Assembly: GCA_004431415.1 (NCBI GenBank) | Contig: QPMI01000047.1 | Span: forward strand, 62,001-126,000 | Direction: 5' to 3' | Source of the DNA: Cyanophora paradoxa CCMP329 | Lineage: Eukaryota; Plantae; Glaucophyta | DNA length: 64,000 nucleotides | Shown here: positions 32,901 through 42,489 of the stretch, piece after piece | Position numbering within the stretch: the stretch's first letter is position 1 | How the letters are laid out: the number at the start of each line of letters is the position of its first letter | Made by a program: the position numbers and the translations under genes | The notes under the pieces: generated by a model | Databases searched by the model: none | What the model was told of the DNA's origin: nothing | Seen by the model: the letters and a program-made list of their open reading frames with translations, nothing else

Positions 32901-35771
32901 GGTGGGACTGTTAATGGAACCGTGAATGCTACCACTTTACAAATTGGCGGAACCACAATACCGAAAGGTTTCGAATTCGATCAATTAGATAGTGTTTCGA
33001 CAGATAGAAGCGCGAATAATTGGACTGTTAATTGGACAGGACAACGAACAGGACAAACAGGATGTTACACAAACCCACTAAATGATGAAGATTGCAGCGG
33101 TTGTTTTATGCGTTGGACAGTTCCAGAAGGTATGAAATCGTTTTACATTCAACTTTTGCTATGGGATAATTGTAGATATTTCGATATTTACGGACAAACC
33201 GTTAATAACCATCAACATTTCCTAAGACGTGTTCATAACTATCAAGCTCTTCAAAATACAGCAGTTCAAGATGGAACATATCCCGCTATCGCGTTTACTT
33301 CTGTAAATTGTGAATTTTACAGTAAAGTTTATGTTCAAGGGCGAAAAGGTCGCATTTATCTTACGGGTGTGTTTGGGTGGAGTCGCCAAAGAGCAACCGA
33401 TAATGATGTAGGATTAGTGCATTATGATAATATCGCTTTTAATCCTGTTGGCAAATATTCCGATTTTGATGTAGTGAGTGGTTGGAATAGCACAGGTGTA
33501 GCATTTGTCGGAAGTTGGCAGACCGATTGGAAACCTACAACAGATAACCCAGTAGCAGGATTTTATAGCAGCACAACAGACGATGCAACCAGTAGTGACT
33601 ACGCGCAAGTTGTAGTGCCAACGGGAATGAAAACTTGTCACATCCAATATTTATGTTGGACGAATGCAAGATACTTTGATATTCAGGGATTCCGCAACAG
33701 TCGATGGAATCATATTATGAGAGTGAATACTTACCAAAATGTATCAAACACAGCCGATTCATTATGGCATGACAGTTTATTATGGACTTCCGTATTTTGT
33801 GGGAATTTTACACATATTAGAGTTGTGGCAAGAAAAGGACGTGTTCATATTGGATATTTTGCATGGACGAAAGAAGTAGGAAGAACAGCACCAGCAAATG
33901 GAATGATAAGTTGGGATAATATTTACAGTCGTCCGGCATTAATTACAGCCGCAGACCTTCCAGGAACGGCAACATGGGCAATTGATACATGGTTAAAATC
34001 AGCAGACAACTACTCGCGGTTTTATTTCGCAAATGCAAATGCAACATACATTAGAGGTAGACCTAATAACGATAATGCGTGTGTTGTATTCAGAAACTCA
34101 GCAGATTCTACAATTTTACAATCATATGAAAATGGCAACCTTGCGGTTACTAATACTTTGATTGCTCCGACCATAAGTGCAACAACCATAGATGTTGCAA
34201 CATTAAAAAGAAATGGTTATGAAATTCCGAAATTCTACGGTTTTGATGACACAGTAGCAGGTGGTGCTTATCATTCATCGGGCGGAACTTGGTCGGTTGG
34301 GTATGGAACAGCTTGGGATCCAGGATATAATTATGGTAGTCATGTGTATAATAGTGAAAGTCAAGATGAAGTGTCTACAACAACTTGGATTCAGTATACA
34401 ATTCCCACCGCATTAGTGAATGGAACAGCATACCTTACACATTTACCATGGTATAATTGCCGTTACTTTGAGATTTGGGGAGTCCGTAGTAATGGGGCAA
34501 TAGTATTTATTACAAGAGTAAATAACTATCAGCCACATGATGGTAACGCAGACGGTCACCACAACGGGTTAAACAATGTCCCAATTTTCCTTGCCGGTCG
34601 ATTTACTCACCTCCGTATTTATCCCAGAGTTGGAAGAGTTCACATTATGGGTATTGGTTTTACGCACGATCGAGCAAATAGTAGTTCACATGGTGGTTCT
34701 ACCGGTTTTATTCATTGGAATAATGTTTATAGTAAACCTACTATTCCTACATCCTATCTTTCATTAACAGATGTCACTAATTCTATTGGAAACATTACAG
34801 GGTTTGATACTTGGAGTGGGACAGGTAGTGGCGGTCTATCATTTAGTGGGTCTTGGGGAACAGGCTGGACGGCTTCTTATTCTAATCCTGTGGACGGATT
34901 TTATAGCTCTATCGAAAATGAAACCACAAGTGGTGATTGGGCGCAAATTGAAGTTCCAGCAAACATGAAAACATGTCATGTTCAATATTTGTGTTGGACA
35001 AATACAAGATATTTCGATATTGGAGGTTATCGATCGGGTCGATGGTTCCACATTATGCGTATAAACTGTTACCAGACGGTCTCTAATTATGGAACCACTG
35101 ATTATCATGATGGGTTGGCGTGGGCTTCCTTTGCTTGTGATTATTTCACACATGTTCGATTCGTTGCAAGAAAAGGACGGTGCTATATCGGTATGGTAGG
35201 GTGGACGAAAGAAAAAGGAAGAACCTCACCCGCAAATGGTATGATTAGTTGGGATAATATTTTTAGTAAGCCGCTGTCGGCAACTTGGTTTTCGGGAAAT
35301 TGGATTCCATCCGGCGATAATTATGATAGAATGTATTTCGCAACAGGTTCTACTACATACCTCAGAGGATATGGTGATATACCAATTCAGTTTAGAAATG
35401 AAAGCGACGCCACGATAGCTTATTTCTATCACAGTGGGTGGGCACAGATTACGGGTTATCTGTCAGAAGGAAGCGATAAAAGATACAAAACAGATATTAA
35501 GAAGATAACAGGCGCTCTTCCAGCATTAGAAAGATTAGAAGGAGTTTCATTTAAAAGAATTGCTGATAACAAAAAGAAATTATGTTTAGGATTAATAGCA
35601 CAAGATGTTCAGAAAGTGCTACCTGAGGTGGTTTCAGAAGGAGTAGATGGGTTTTTAGGAATTCAATACACAGGGTTAGTCCCTGTTCTCATTGAAGCCG
35701 TTAAAGAATTATCCCAGAAATGCAAGAGTCTACAAGATCAAATAGACCAAATTAAAAATGTCTCAGTATGA
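29925..35771 (+). CDS. Modular fibre/spike protein with C-terminal peptidase S74 intramolecular chaperone, 1948 aa
   Basis: 19-aa FPPxxHRHDWGDLDNVP repeats, a duplicated ~190-aa block, four Trp-rich domain repeats, and SDKRYKTDI..GLIAQDVQKVLPEVV..IQYTGLVPVLIEAVKEL. Confidence 0.85.
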   Translation: MSYILKKPVPLRKAPDTVDDRLINIRVFGSILADYNSDKDIHQTAFNRPAALILRNSHVGAPNIAQRFCLGPAENYVAEIVGSRALPRHLHIASSGTVSKYDSGRLIFRLQNDRGIHLSALRLIDESNAITNKTAAQITGRILLGEDAGISVLSSQIQPFPWDLLYTAARETNILYGFDVNQIDTEPATRLDIPGCTLGSILIEADRHLLPALHDRYDLGLRTRQWRNIHGTSIYQDGKKVITEPEIINIFNYYFGPIVPIPPIPPLPGLPKPPTPDGPGRERVADETIPFGQNIISWEAVRNRPVIEPYKHPHEEYLPPDIEVFPLEMYTEPEEQLLPDGLDVQELEYEQPVIPHEQLLPDGFYPICFPLEFTVDWESITNKPETFPPEEHRHDWDEIDNKPDRFPPTDHRHDWGDIDGIPEQFPPEDHRHNWDEIDLQPTFASTGNVLTDGTNGVSLYQNINIEQRLLLSEYYLNRKGIDAGTTMEGEIYIRPPRRIELIAAGGGVEVKENKPGIYLTSYYADDIPMTMGLPPLPSDPVNYANHNATIQINVTNVSDLDGSKPKLIFSREQLAAETLLGNRDDYKQCEVAWIKTNYNGGVPEGLLEINQRAAAKNIHNENISRVVTEDYFRWENIPDQPETFPPEDHRHDWGDLDNVPLSFIPDLHRHDWGDLDNVPLSFPPDLHRHDWGDLDNVPLTFPPDLHRHDWGDLDNVPLTFPPALHRHDWGDLDNVPLAFPPSAHRHDWGEIDNVPLTFTPSTHRHDWDEIDQQPTFASAGNVMNDGTNGVSLYQNINIAERLLLSAYYVNRKGIDAGTTMEGELYIRPPTRTQVVAAGGNFGLMDTQPGIYLTSYYDNEITLTSTLPALPSDPAAYDDKDAAIQINVTDVSATDASRPKLIFTRSKFNYVPLAGRPTDDHGRCEMAWIKTLSGGALEVNQRMAAKNLHNTTLSGVVTDDYLTNKGYLTSADLSSYATDAELAAALVNYLPLTGGTVNGTVNATTLQIGGTTIPKGFEFDQLDSVSTDRSANNWTVNWTGQRTGQTGCYTNPLNDEDCSGCFMRWTVPEGMKSFYIQLLLWDNCRYFDIYGQTVNNHQHFLRRVHNYQALQNTAVQDGTYPAIAFTSVNCEFYSKVYVQGRKGRIYLTGVFGWSRQRATDNDVGLVHYDNIAFNPVGKYSDFDVVSGWNSTGVAFVGSWQTDWKPTTDNPVAGFYSSTTDDATSSDYAQVVVPTGMKTCHIQYLCWTNARYFDIQGFRNSRWNHIMRVNTYQNVSNTADSLWHDSLLWTSVFCGNFTHIRVVARKGRVHIGYFAWTKEVGRTAPANGMISWDNIYSRPALITAADLPGTATWAIDTWLKSADNYSRFYFANANATYIRGRPNNDNACVVFRNSADSTILQSYENGNLAVTNTLIAPTISATTIDVATLKRNGYEIPKFYGFDDTVAGGAYHSSGGTWSVGYGTAWDPGYNYGSHVYNSESQDEVSTTTWIQYTIPTALVNGTAYLTHLPWYNCRYFEIWGVRSNGAIVFITRVNNYQPHDGNADGHHNGLNNVPIFLAGRFTHLRIYPRVGRVHIMGIGFTHDRANSSSHGGSTGFIHWNNVYSKPTIPTSYLSLTDVTNSIGNITGFDTWSGTGSGGLSFSGSWGTGWTASYSNPVDGFYSSIENETTSGDWAQIEVPANMKTCHVQYLCWTNTRYFDIGGYRSGRWFHIMRINCYQTVSNYGTTDYHDGLAWASFACDYFTHVRFVARKGRCYIGMVGWTKEKGRTSPANGMISWDNIFSKPLSATWFSGNWIPSGDNYDRMYFATGSTTYLRGYGDIPIQFRNESDATIAYFYHSGWAQITGYLSEGSDKRYKTDIKKITGALPALERLEGVSFKRIADNKKKLCLGLIAQDVQKVLPEVVSEGVDGFLGIQYTGLVPVLIEAVKELSQKCKSLQDQIDQIKNVSV
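31855..32240 (+). repeat. 57-bp coding tandem repeat (7 copies; 3 more at ~31080-31240)
   Basis: GCACGATTGGGG recurs at 31874, 31931 and onward with period 57. Confidence 0.9.
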
Positions 35772-35774
35772 TAA

Positions 35775-36080
35775 ATGGCGACCTATCCGCTTGGTGGATC
35801 TTCTACTACTTCTGAGCCTGTTGCTCTTGCTTTTGATACTATTAAACTTGTAGCCGCACTACAAAATGTCGAAAAAACGATACAGCAAACTAACAAACTG
35901 TCCCCAGTTGTTCATGAATATAAAAACCTCTTGGTTAATGTCCTCGCGCAATCGGCTTATGGTGATCCTGTCAGCAAGTATAATGAGCTTGAGTCCAGCC
36001 TGAAAAATATGATGTCGATACTTCAAAACCTGTCAGCTTCCTATCAAGCCCTGGGATCGAATATGATTACTCCGGCCTAA
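35775..36080 (+). CDS. Hypothetical helical protein, 101 aa
   Basis: ORF 3 bp after the fibre gene stop, same strand. Confidence 0.65.
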   Translation: MATYPLGGSSTTSEPVALAFDTIKLVAALQNVEKTIQQTNKLSPVVHEYKNLLVNVLAQSAYGDPVSKYNELESSLKNMMSILQNLSASYQALGSNMITPA

Positions 36081-36118
36081 TGTTGGCTGCAATCTTTTTT
36101 TTCTTGCGTTTCTATTAA

Positions 36119-36967
36119 ATGACCGAGTACAATCGGGTCCAGCTACCTATCTACTCCCTGGGCTCCCCAGCCATCCATATGAGGCAGCACGAAGTTAGCG
36201 ATGCCATCGCTGGATTGGAGTCCACTGAGCGTCCAAATTCAACTAATGCATTTGATCAGCGATCTGTGATTCGGTGTAAAGAATTGCGCGCAGATAAAAA
36301 CTCTGGGGTTGTAAAAACAACACGATTATTAGTTACTAATGCGAATTTCTCCCAGCCCATAACAGGGGGAGTTGATTCGTACAGTGTTGACCTCCGAAGC
36401 ATAAACTATGATCAAAACACTGCTGCCCTCACTGTGCGCTCCGGTGGAGCAGCTATCACCGGAGCCTGCAGAGTCAGTGGAGGGCTATCATCATCAATTG
36501 CCATCAATGATGTGCCGGACTTTTCAGTAGAGAATGTTGAAAATCGTAAACGAGTTCGTATGTATGTACCTTGCTGTGACCTTCCCTATGCACAGGCACT
36601 AGTAGAAGTTGAGATAACCATAGCTAATTCAAGCACACCAAATGGTCTCGATGGTGAGAGGTTGCTTTCAAACAGAGAAATACCGAAGGCACTTCAATCA
36701 CTCTGTCAGGATCAAAATGATCAGATAGGGCATGTGTATACGTTCTTTGTGCAAGGTCTTGGGCATGCTGGACGGGGATACGTAGTTCGTAATATCAATA
36801 CAAGGCATCTTTTCGATTTATACGCTACTGCTATAGGCAGATACTCTATCCTAATCATCGGCTATCGCTCCGATGTGGCTGCATCAGTGGCCACCAGAGG
36901 ATTAAACCCTGATCCGGCACTGAATAATATGTATGACGAGATCAGTCCTGAAAATCCTATAGCTTGA
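36119..36967 (+). CDS. Putative structural protein, paralogue A
   Basis: Shares HxVSD..GLESTE..RxDKNxGxxKTTxLLVTNANF with 37568-38404; fibre-like TAALTVRSGGAAITG. Confidence 0.7.
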   Translation: MTEYNRVQLPIYSLGSPAIHMRQHEVSDAIAGLESTERPNSTNAFDQRSVIRCKELRADKNSGVVKTTRLLVTNANFSQPITGGVDSYSVDLRSINYDQNTAALTVRSGGAAITGACRVSGGLSSSIAINDVPDFSVENVENRKRVRMYVPCCDLPYAQALVEVEITIANSSTPNGLDGERLLSNREIPKALQSLCQDQNDQIGHVYTFFVQGLGHAGRGYVVRNINTRHLFDLYATAIGRYSILIIGYRSDVAASVATRGLNPDPALNNMYDEISPENPIA

Positions 36968-36977
36968 TAAAGAGCGC

Positions 36978-37505
36978 TTATGCTTCAGCTGGAAAATTTA
37001 GACGGATAAATGAACGATCTGTCTCACTGGTGTGTGCTAGAGCAAAAGCATCACGGGCTCTGGCAGCAGCTTCCGCAGTAGAGAAATAGCCAATGTGTTT
37101 AAAGCGTCCATTTATACTGAAACGTGCTCGCCATTTGTCATTAGACTTATTAAAGCACACTCCTACATATCCGCTTGAATTATTTTTTCGAAGCAATTGA
37201 TTCAATGTTTGCTGATAGTTTGTAGCCAGGCGAAGATTTTCACGTCTGTTATCAAGTTTATTGCAGTTGATGTGATCAATAGAAAACCCTGGATTGACTG
37301 AACCTACAATTAACTGATGCATTTTCATTGTTGTCCTCTTTCCGTTTACATAGATGTGACATTTAGCATAACCACTAGTGTCAAGCGACCAGCGTTTCTC
37401 ATTAATTAGTTCAGCATCAGCTGCTAATATGAAAGAATGTGCTACTATTCCATTCCGTCCATAGATAGGAATAGCAATCGCTCCATTGGGAATTTCGATC
37501 TCCAT
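36978..37505 (-). CDS. HNH endonuclease-AP2 domain protein (paralogue of 23156-23728)
   Basis: IDHINCNKLDNRRENLRLAT; SGYVGVCF..KWRARFSINGRFKHIGYFSTAEAAARARD. Confidence 0.9.
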   Translation of the reverse strand: MEIEIPNGAIAIPIYGRNGIVAHSFILAADAELINEKRWSLDTSGYAKCHIYVNGKRTTMKMHQLIVGSVNPGFSIDHINCNKLDNRRENLRLATNYQQTLNQLLRKNNSSGYVGVCFNKSNDKWRARFSINGRFKHIGYFSTAEAAARARDAFALAHTSETDRSFIRLNFPAEA

Positions 37506-37567
37506 CTGTCTAGCCTTCCTTGTTCCTTGCTTTTTTATGCATTCATTTTCTTTAAGTCATAACAATA

Positions 37568-38404
37568 ATGGCTGAAGCTGTTGAAAGAATAGTAGTTCCA
37601 TCGTTGACCCTCGCCGCTCCAGCCAACCACGTCCTGCAGCATGCAGTTTCAGATGATGTGCCCGGCCTAGAGTCCACAGAGCAGCAGCCAACTTTAAACA
37701 CCTTCCGGGAGAATCACATATTACGTTTAGGCGAGGTTCGATGCGACAAAAATAATGGGACAATAAAAACAACAAGTCTCCTTGTAACCAATGCAAACTT
37801 TAATTCAAATTATGGGGATCCTGATAGCTATGACGATGCTAATAAGGTCAGTACTTTTACCTTTGAATCAAGAACAGGTGCCGTCACCTGCAGATTTGGA
37901 GGTGCTTATATTGGGGATGGCCTTAGAGTGGGCGGAGCTGCTTGTGCCCCTATATTTGTTAATGATCAACCAAATCCTGAGAATATGAATGAGAGAATTC
38001 GAACCTATGTGCCTTCTATGAATTCGCCTTACATTATTAAACTTTTCACGCTAAACATAAATGAGCAAACATCAATCGTAGATAACGTTCAGCCACTCGG
38101 AAACCATTTCAAGAGTGTTGTTGATATTCCTCCGGATATCTACTTCCTTTGTAGGAGAAATGATGCTCTCCGGCCAAACATAGCTGTTTTAATTAATCCT
38201 ATTGACAATTTTGGTGTCGCTTTCCATTCTACTCCAGTGGGGGTTGAAGATTACCAGTTTATTGTGAGGGCAACGCTTATGGGTGCCTACAAAGTTATTC
38301 TATTTGCCGAAAGAACAGATGTGATTGCAAATGGTGTTAAGTACGGTGAGACCTTCAATTCGAATCGTTATTTCCCAATTGGTGGGGCTGATCCTAATCC
38401 TTAG
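37568..38404 (+). CDS. Putative structural protein, paralogue B
   Basis: N-terminal block shared with paralogue A; TGAVTCRFGGAYIGDGLRVGG. Confidence 0.7.
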   Translation: MAEAVERIVVPSLTLAAPANHVLQHAVSDDVPGLESTEQQPTLNTFRENHILRLGEVRCDKNNGTIKTTSLLVTNANFNSNYGDPDSYDDANKVSTFTFESRTGAVTCRFGGAYIGDGLRVGGAACAPIFVNDQPNPENMNERIRTYVPSMNSPYIIKLFTLNINEQTSIVDNVQPLGNHFKSVVDIPPDIYFLCRRNDALRPNIAVLINPIDNFGVAFHSTPVGVEDYQFIVRATLMGAYKVILFAERTDVIANGVKYGETFNSNRYFPIGGADPNP

Positions 38405-38440
38405 AGATCTTCATTCTTTTATGTGCAACAAGTACTATGA

Positions 38441-38809
38441 ATGGATTTGATAAGGAGATGTCTTGACATGTTTCACCTTCACATCACAAGCAATCTCAAG
38501 AGCAGCTGCTGCGAAACAACTATTGATCTAAATATCTCAGAAACCGACGGCACTGATGGAACTCCGAACACTTCTCGGTCAGTGTCGCCCTGTGAACAAT
38601 CTCGAACAGACTCCCCTGTGCCCTGGCTAGTTCCTACTGATAGACGGAGCTCGTGGCCTGGGACCCATGGGCATGCGATCCCTAGAACTCCAATGCAAAA
38701 TTTGGCTCTGCTCCCGTTCAATTTCAGGAATGCCCAAAGACACGATTCACCAAGGCATAGGAGAACTTCTACAGAAAAAACATTGATCATCGTGGAAGAA
38801 GATGATTGA
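38441..38809 (+). CDS. Hypothetical protein, 122 aa; its stop codon is the first 3 nt of the right TIR
   Basis: ORF with AT-rich leader; TGA at 38807-38809. Confidence 0.55.
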   Translation: MDLIRRCLDMFHLHITSNLKSSCCETTIDLNISETDGTDGTPNTSRSVSPCEQSRTDSPVPWLVPTDRRSSWPGTHGHAIPRTPMQNLALLPFNFRNAQRHDSPRHRRTSTEKTLIIVEEDD

Positions 38810-39262
38810 GGCCGCAGCAGACCGCGCGCAAGCAACCGGGGGTCTAATATCCGTAGTTAACGCCTAGATAGACCTTGCCCGCGCTGCGCCTTTCTCACAG
38901 TAGTCACGAATAGATAACTTGTAAAGCTGAACGCATTTCGATAGTTAGATCCGATGTACACATTAATACCGCCTAGCCTATGCTGCCCTGTTGCTCTGCA
39001 GACCGCGCTCAAGGGGGGGCCGCGCTCCTCTACGTCTCTTCTAGTTGTCAGCTCTGTCTTGAATAGTCACAAGCTATTGCTAGGCTTTGACCTAGGGAAA
39101 AGGCCGGCAGACGTAGCTGGATCGGCGGGGTAGACATAACGACAGAGCGGGGTCGGAGGGAGAGTGGTGAGGACGCTAGGGCTGGTGCAGTGAGAGAGGG
39201 GGGTGAGGGGATGGGGTGGCGGAGAGGGGTGGGCCACCGTGGTGGGCCCTCTCTCATTTTTT
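38807..39262 (-). repeat. Right terminal inverted repeat (456 bp)
   Basis: Reverse complement of 15712-16167; ends ..CCCTCTCTCATTTTTT followed by TSD CCAGGT. Confidence 0.97.
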
Positions 39263-39332
39263 CCAGGTCCGATCCGCTTTGCCACCTGCCGCCTGCACAT
39301 GCGGCGCGCGGCTCGAGCGCCCTGCGCCGCAG

Positions 39333-41349
39333 GGCTCAGGAGCGTCCACGGAAGGGGCGCCGTCGGCGGGGGCGGGGGCCAAGCGGCAGCGGAGGCCGAG
39401 CCAGAAGCGCGTGGCGGGCGACGGCGAGGGGGAGGAGGAGAAGCGGGGGGAGGCAGCGTCCGAGGGGGCGGACCGGCGCGCCGGGCCCGCGCCGGGGCCC
39501 GACATCTCGCGCCTGAAGGTCCGCCGAAGCTCCCCCCGTGCGCCCGCGCGCATGCGCCCCGAACCCTTTCCCTCTTTTCTTCGCCGCAGCCGTACTCGGC
39601 CTTCCTCACGCGGCGGGCGGCGGGCGCCTACCGCGCCTGCGTCCGCTGGTTCGACTACAGGGTACCCCCGGCCCCGGCCCCCTTCTCCCCGGCCCCGGGC
39701 CCGCCGCCGCCGCGCGCGCCGAGGGGCGGGCGTGCACGTGGGACCCCGGCCCGTGGCTAATCAAATGCATTTAAAGAAGATGAAGCCATTGTTAGGGATC
39801 CCTAACTGTGAAATCTATTCAAGGTGTACACGCCGCCGGCGGGCGCGGGGGCGACGGCGCGCAACTGGGACCGCGTCGTGCTCGCCTGCTACGGCCCCGA
39901 GGTGCCGCCCCGCCCCGTCGGACCGGGCCAAGCCCGCGCCTCGGAGGCTAAGGGACCGGGGGTCCTCCAGGCCAGCCAGGGCCGCCTCAACTTCCCCGCG
40001 AAAAGTGCGCACCGCCGGCGGTCGGCGCCTAGGCCTGCAGCTGTCGCCGCCGTTTTCTGACCCCTCCGCAGCCTACAAGAACGAGGAGGCGGGCTCCGAC
40101 CCGCCCCTGGCCCCCCCTCGGCGCCCCACCCCGCCCTGACAGACGCCGCGCAGTTCTACCGGCTGCTCTTCAGGTCGCCGCGGCCGCCGCCCGTCGGCGT
40201 CTGGGCGCAGCAGCCGGCGCCCGGGCGGCTCATTACCTTCCTGACGAACCACGGCGCCTTCGAGAAGTGCGTGGCGCGGCCTCAGCATTCGTAGGCTCTG
40301 CCCCACGCCCCGAGCCGCCCCGCAGGGACACCGGCACCCGCCCCGAGGAGGAGGGCGGCGGCGACTCGGGTGCCTCGAGCTCCTCGGAGTTCGAGCCGCA
40401 GCCGCCGCCGCCCCGCGCGCCGCCGCCGTGCGAGCTGATGGGCCGCCCCTCCGCGCGCTTCGCCGTCGTCGGGTGGCGCCCCCCGGGCTCCTCCGCCGTC
40501 TGCGCCACGGTCCGCAGGCCACGGCCACGGCCGCGCCCTCCTGAGCGCGCGCCCTCCTGATGGGGAGCGCGCGCAGCTCGAGACCCCGCGCTCCAGCAAC
40601 GAGGAGGCGCGCGCGCAAGCTCTCCTACCCCTCCTCAACAAAGCCCGGCCCTCTAGATCTGATCTTCAATCCTGCACAGGCGGTCCGGCGGAACTGGGAC
40701 CGGATCGCGATCGCGTGGTACGGGCCGGAGGCCGCCCGCGGGGCGACCAACTTCGACGTCGCCCGTCCGCCCCTTTAAATTTGATCCGCCCCTTTAAATT
40801 TGATCCGCCCCTACGCTCCGCCGGCGCCCCGGCCCCGGCCCCGGCCCGTGCGCGGTCTTAGTCCGGGGCAGAGTACGCGTGGGAACCCTTCTACAAGGCC
40901 CTTTTCTTCAGCGTCTTTCCCCCCAAGGCGCGCCCGCTCCCGCGCCCCCCGCCGGCCCGGCGAAGCCGATGGCCACGGCGCGCAGGTGGGGGCGCACGAG
41001 ACGGGGCGCGACGGCTGCCGGGCGGCGGGGCGCCTCTCGCAGTTCCTCTTCGAGCTCGGCGCCCTGGAGCGGTGCGCCGGCGCCGAAGAAGCGGCGCTGG
41101 GAAGCGGCCGCCGGTCGACCGCGAGCTGTGGGCATGCGCAGGGACGAGGCGCCGCCGGCGTCGCAGGCCCCGCGGCCCGGGCCCGGGCCGCCCAGCGCCT
41201 GCGACTCTTCCTCTGCCAGCGCGACTTCGTTGGGTGCCGCTAGGAGCCCTCGCGACGGTCCCGCGCCGCCCGACGCCCCCGGCCCGCAGCGCCAGCTGCA
41301 GGTGACGCCGGAGGGCGCTGCGAGGACCCCTGAGCCCCACTCCCATTGA
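39333..41349 (+). CDS. Host AP2-like gene, 3' part (multi-exon, two more AP2-like repeats)
   Basis: Acceptor GCCGCAG at 39326-39332 resumes in phase 0; ARNWDRVVLACYGPE..RLNFP (~39860-40000); RRNWDRIAIAWYGPEAARGATNFDV (~40685-40760). Confidence 0.6.
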
Positions 41350-42489
41350 CCTGCATTTATTGGCCCCATGGCCATTAATATTCCCCCCCTACCCCCCTAT
41401 AACCCCCCCACCCCCACCCCCCCGGGGCCACTCCTTCTAATCCTTCCGGAGCTTGTTTACGTCGCCGCCGGCCCGCGCCGCCGGCTGCGAGCGACTTGCA
41501 ATTGCGATTGAGGCCAGGCTTGTAACCGCTTGTCGCCGCGGCCGCGGGCCGATCGCGAGTTGTCGCAACTTAAGCTTGTCGGGTCGCAGCCCCATGCCAT
41601 CCGATCATTGCCACGCGGGGGGCCCGCGGGCCGGCGCCGCGGCGCCGCGGCGGGGGCCGGGCGCGGTGCCCGCTCCCGCGGCCGATCGCGAGGCCCGCCG
41701 CCCGGGTGATCGCCGATCCGACGTCGCGATCGGATCGCGAATTCGCGATTTCAAGTTTCGAACACAACGCGTGCGCGCGCCGCGCGCGAAGTCAGGGCTC
41801 AGGAATCAAGAATCAAGATTCAAGATCCGGCCCATGGGGAACCAGTGCCACCCCCCGCGGGCCGGGCCGTGACCGACGCCCACCGCGGCCGTGCACGTGG
41901 CACGTGGTGGCAGACTGGCAGACAGTGGCATTGCCACGTGCACGTCGGCCCACGTGCACGGTGCCACGGTGGCACGATCCACGAGCCTCGGAGTAACGGG
42001 CCTAACGGCGCGGCGCGGGGAACTTGCACTGAGTGGCCCCATGGCCAGTGGCAGTGAGTGCCGCAGTGCGCATGCGGGCGGCGGGCCTGCCGCCGGCCCA
42101 GTGCCCCGGCGGGCCCGGCGGCCGGCTGCCGCAGTGCTCCCAGCTGCAGGCCTAGGCTGTCCCAGCCTGGCAGGCTAGTGCGCTAGCAACGTTAACTGCG
42201 GTCATTATCACGATCATCGGATCATCAGATCGCGATCGGTGCCACGATGTGCGATCATATAGCCAGCAGTCTGCGTTCCAGCCGGCGCAGCCGCTGAAGA
42301 AAGCCGGGGCGCGGGGCGGCGCGGTGGCCGCCGCATTCGCAAGCTTGAGCGAGTCAGCGGCAAGCTTTAGCGAGGAAGCGAGCAGGCCGGGCTCTGATCA
42401 TGATCATAAGACCAAAACCATTCGCGAGCCTTCGAACGTTAACGTATGATCGGCCCTCAGTCGGTGTCGCGCGTACGCGTCGGCGCCAT

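Larger units (their letters stand above)
15712..39262. mobile_element. Complete endogenous Polinton/Maverick-like virus (23,551 bp)
   Basis: 456-bp TIRs; 6-bp TSD CCAGGT at 15706-15711 and 39263-39268; intronless dense genes for pPolB, rve integrase, ATPase and capsid proteins; sharp GC drop relative to host. Confidence 0.97.

Noticed and set aside
32960-35270. Diversity-generating retroelement TR/VR pair in the fibre gene
   Set aside because: The repeats are in-frame diverged domains, the differences are not adenine-specific, and there is no reverse transcriptase in the window.
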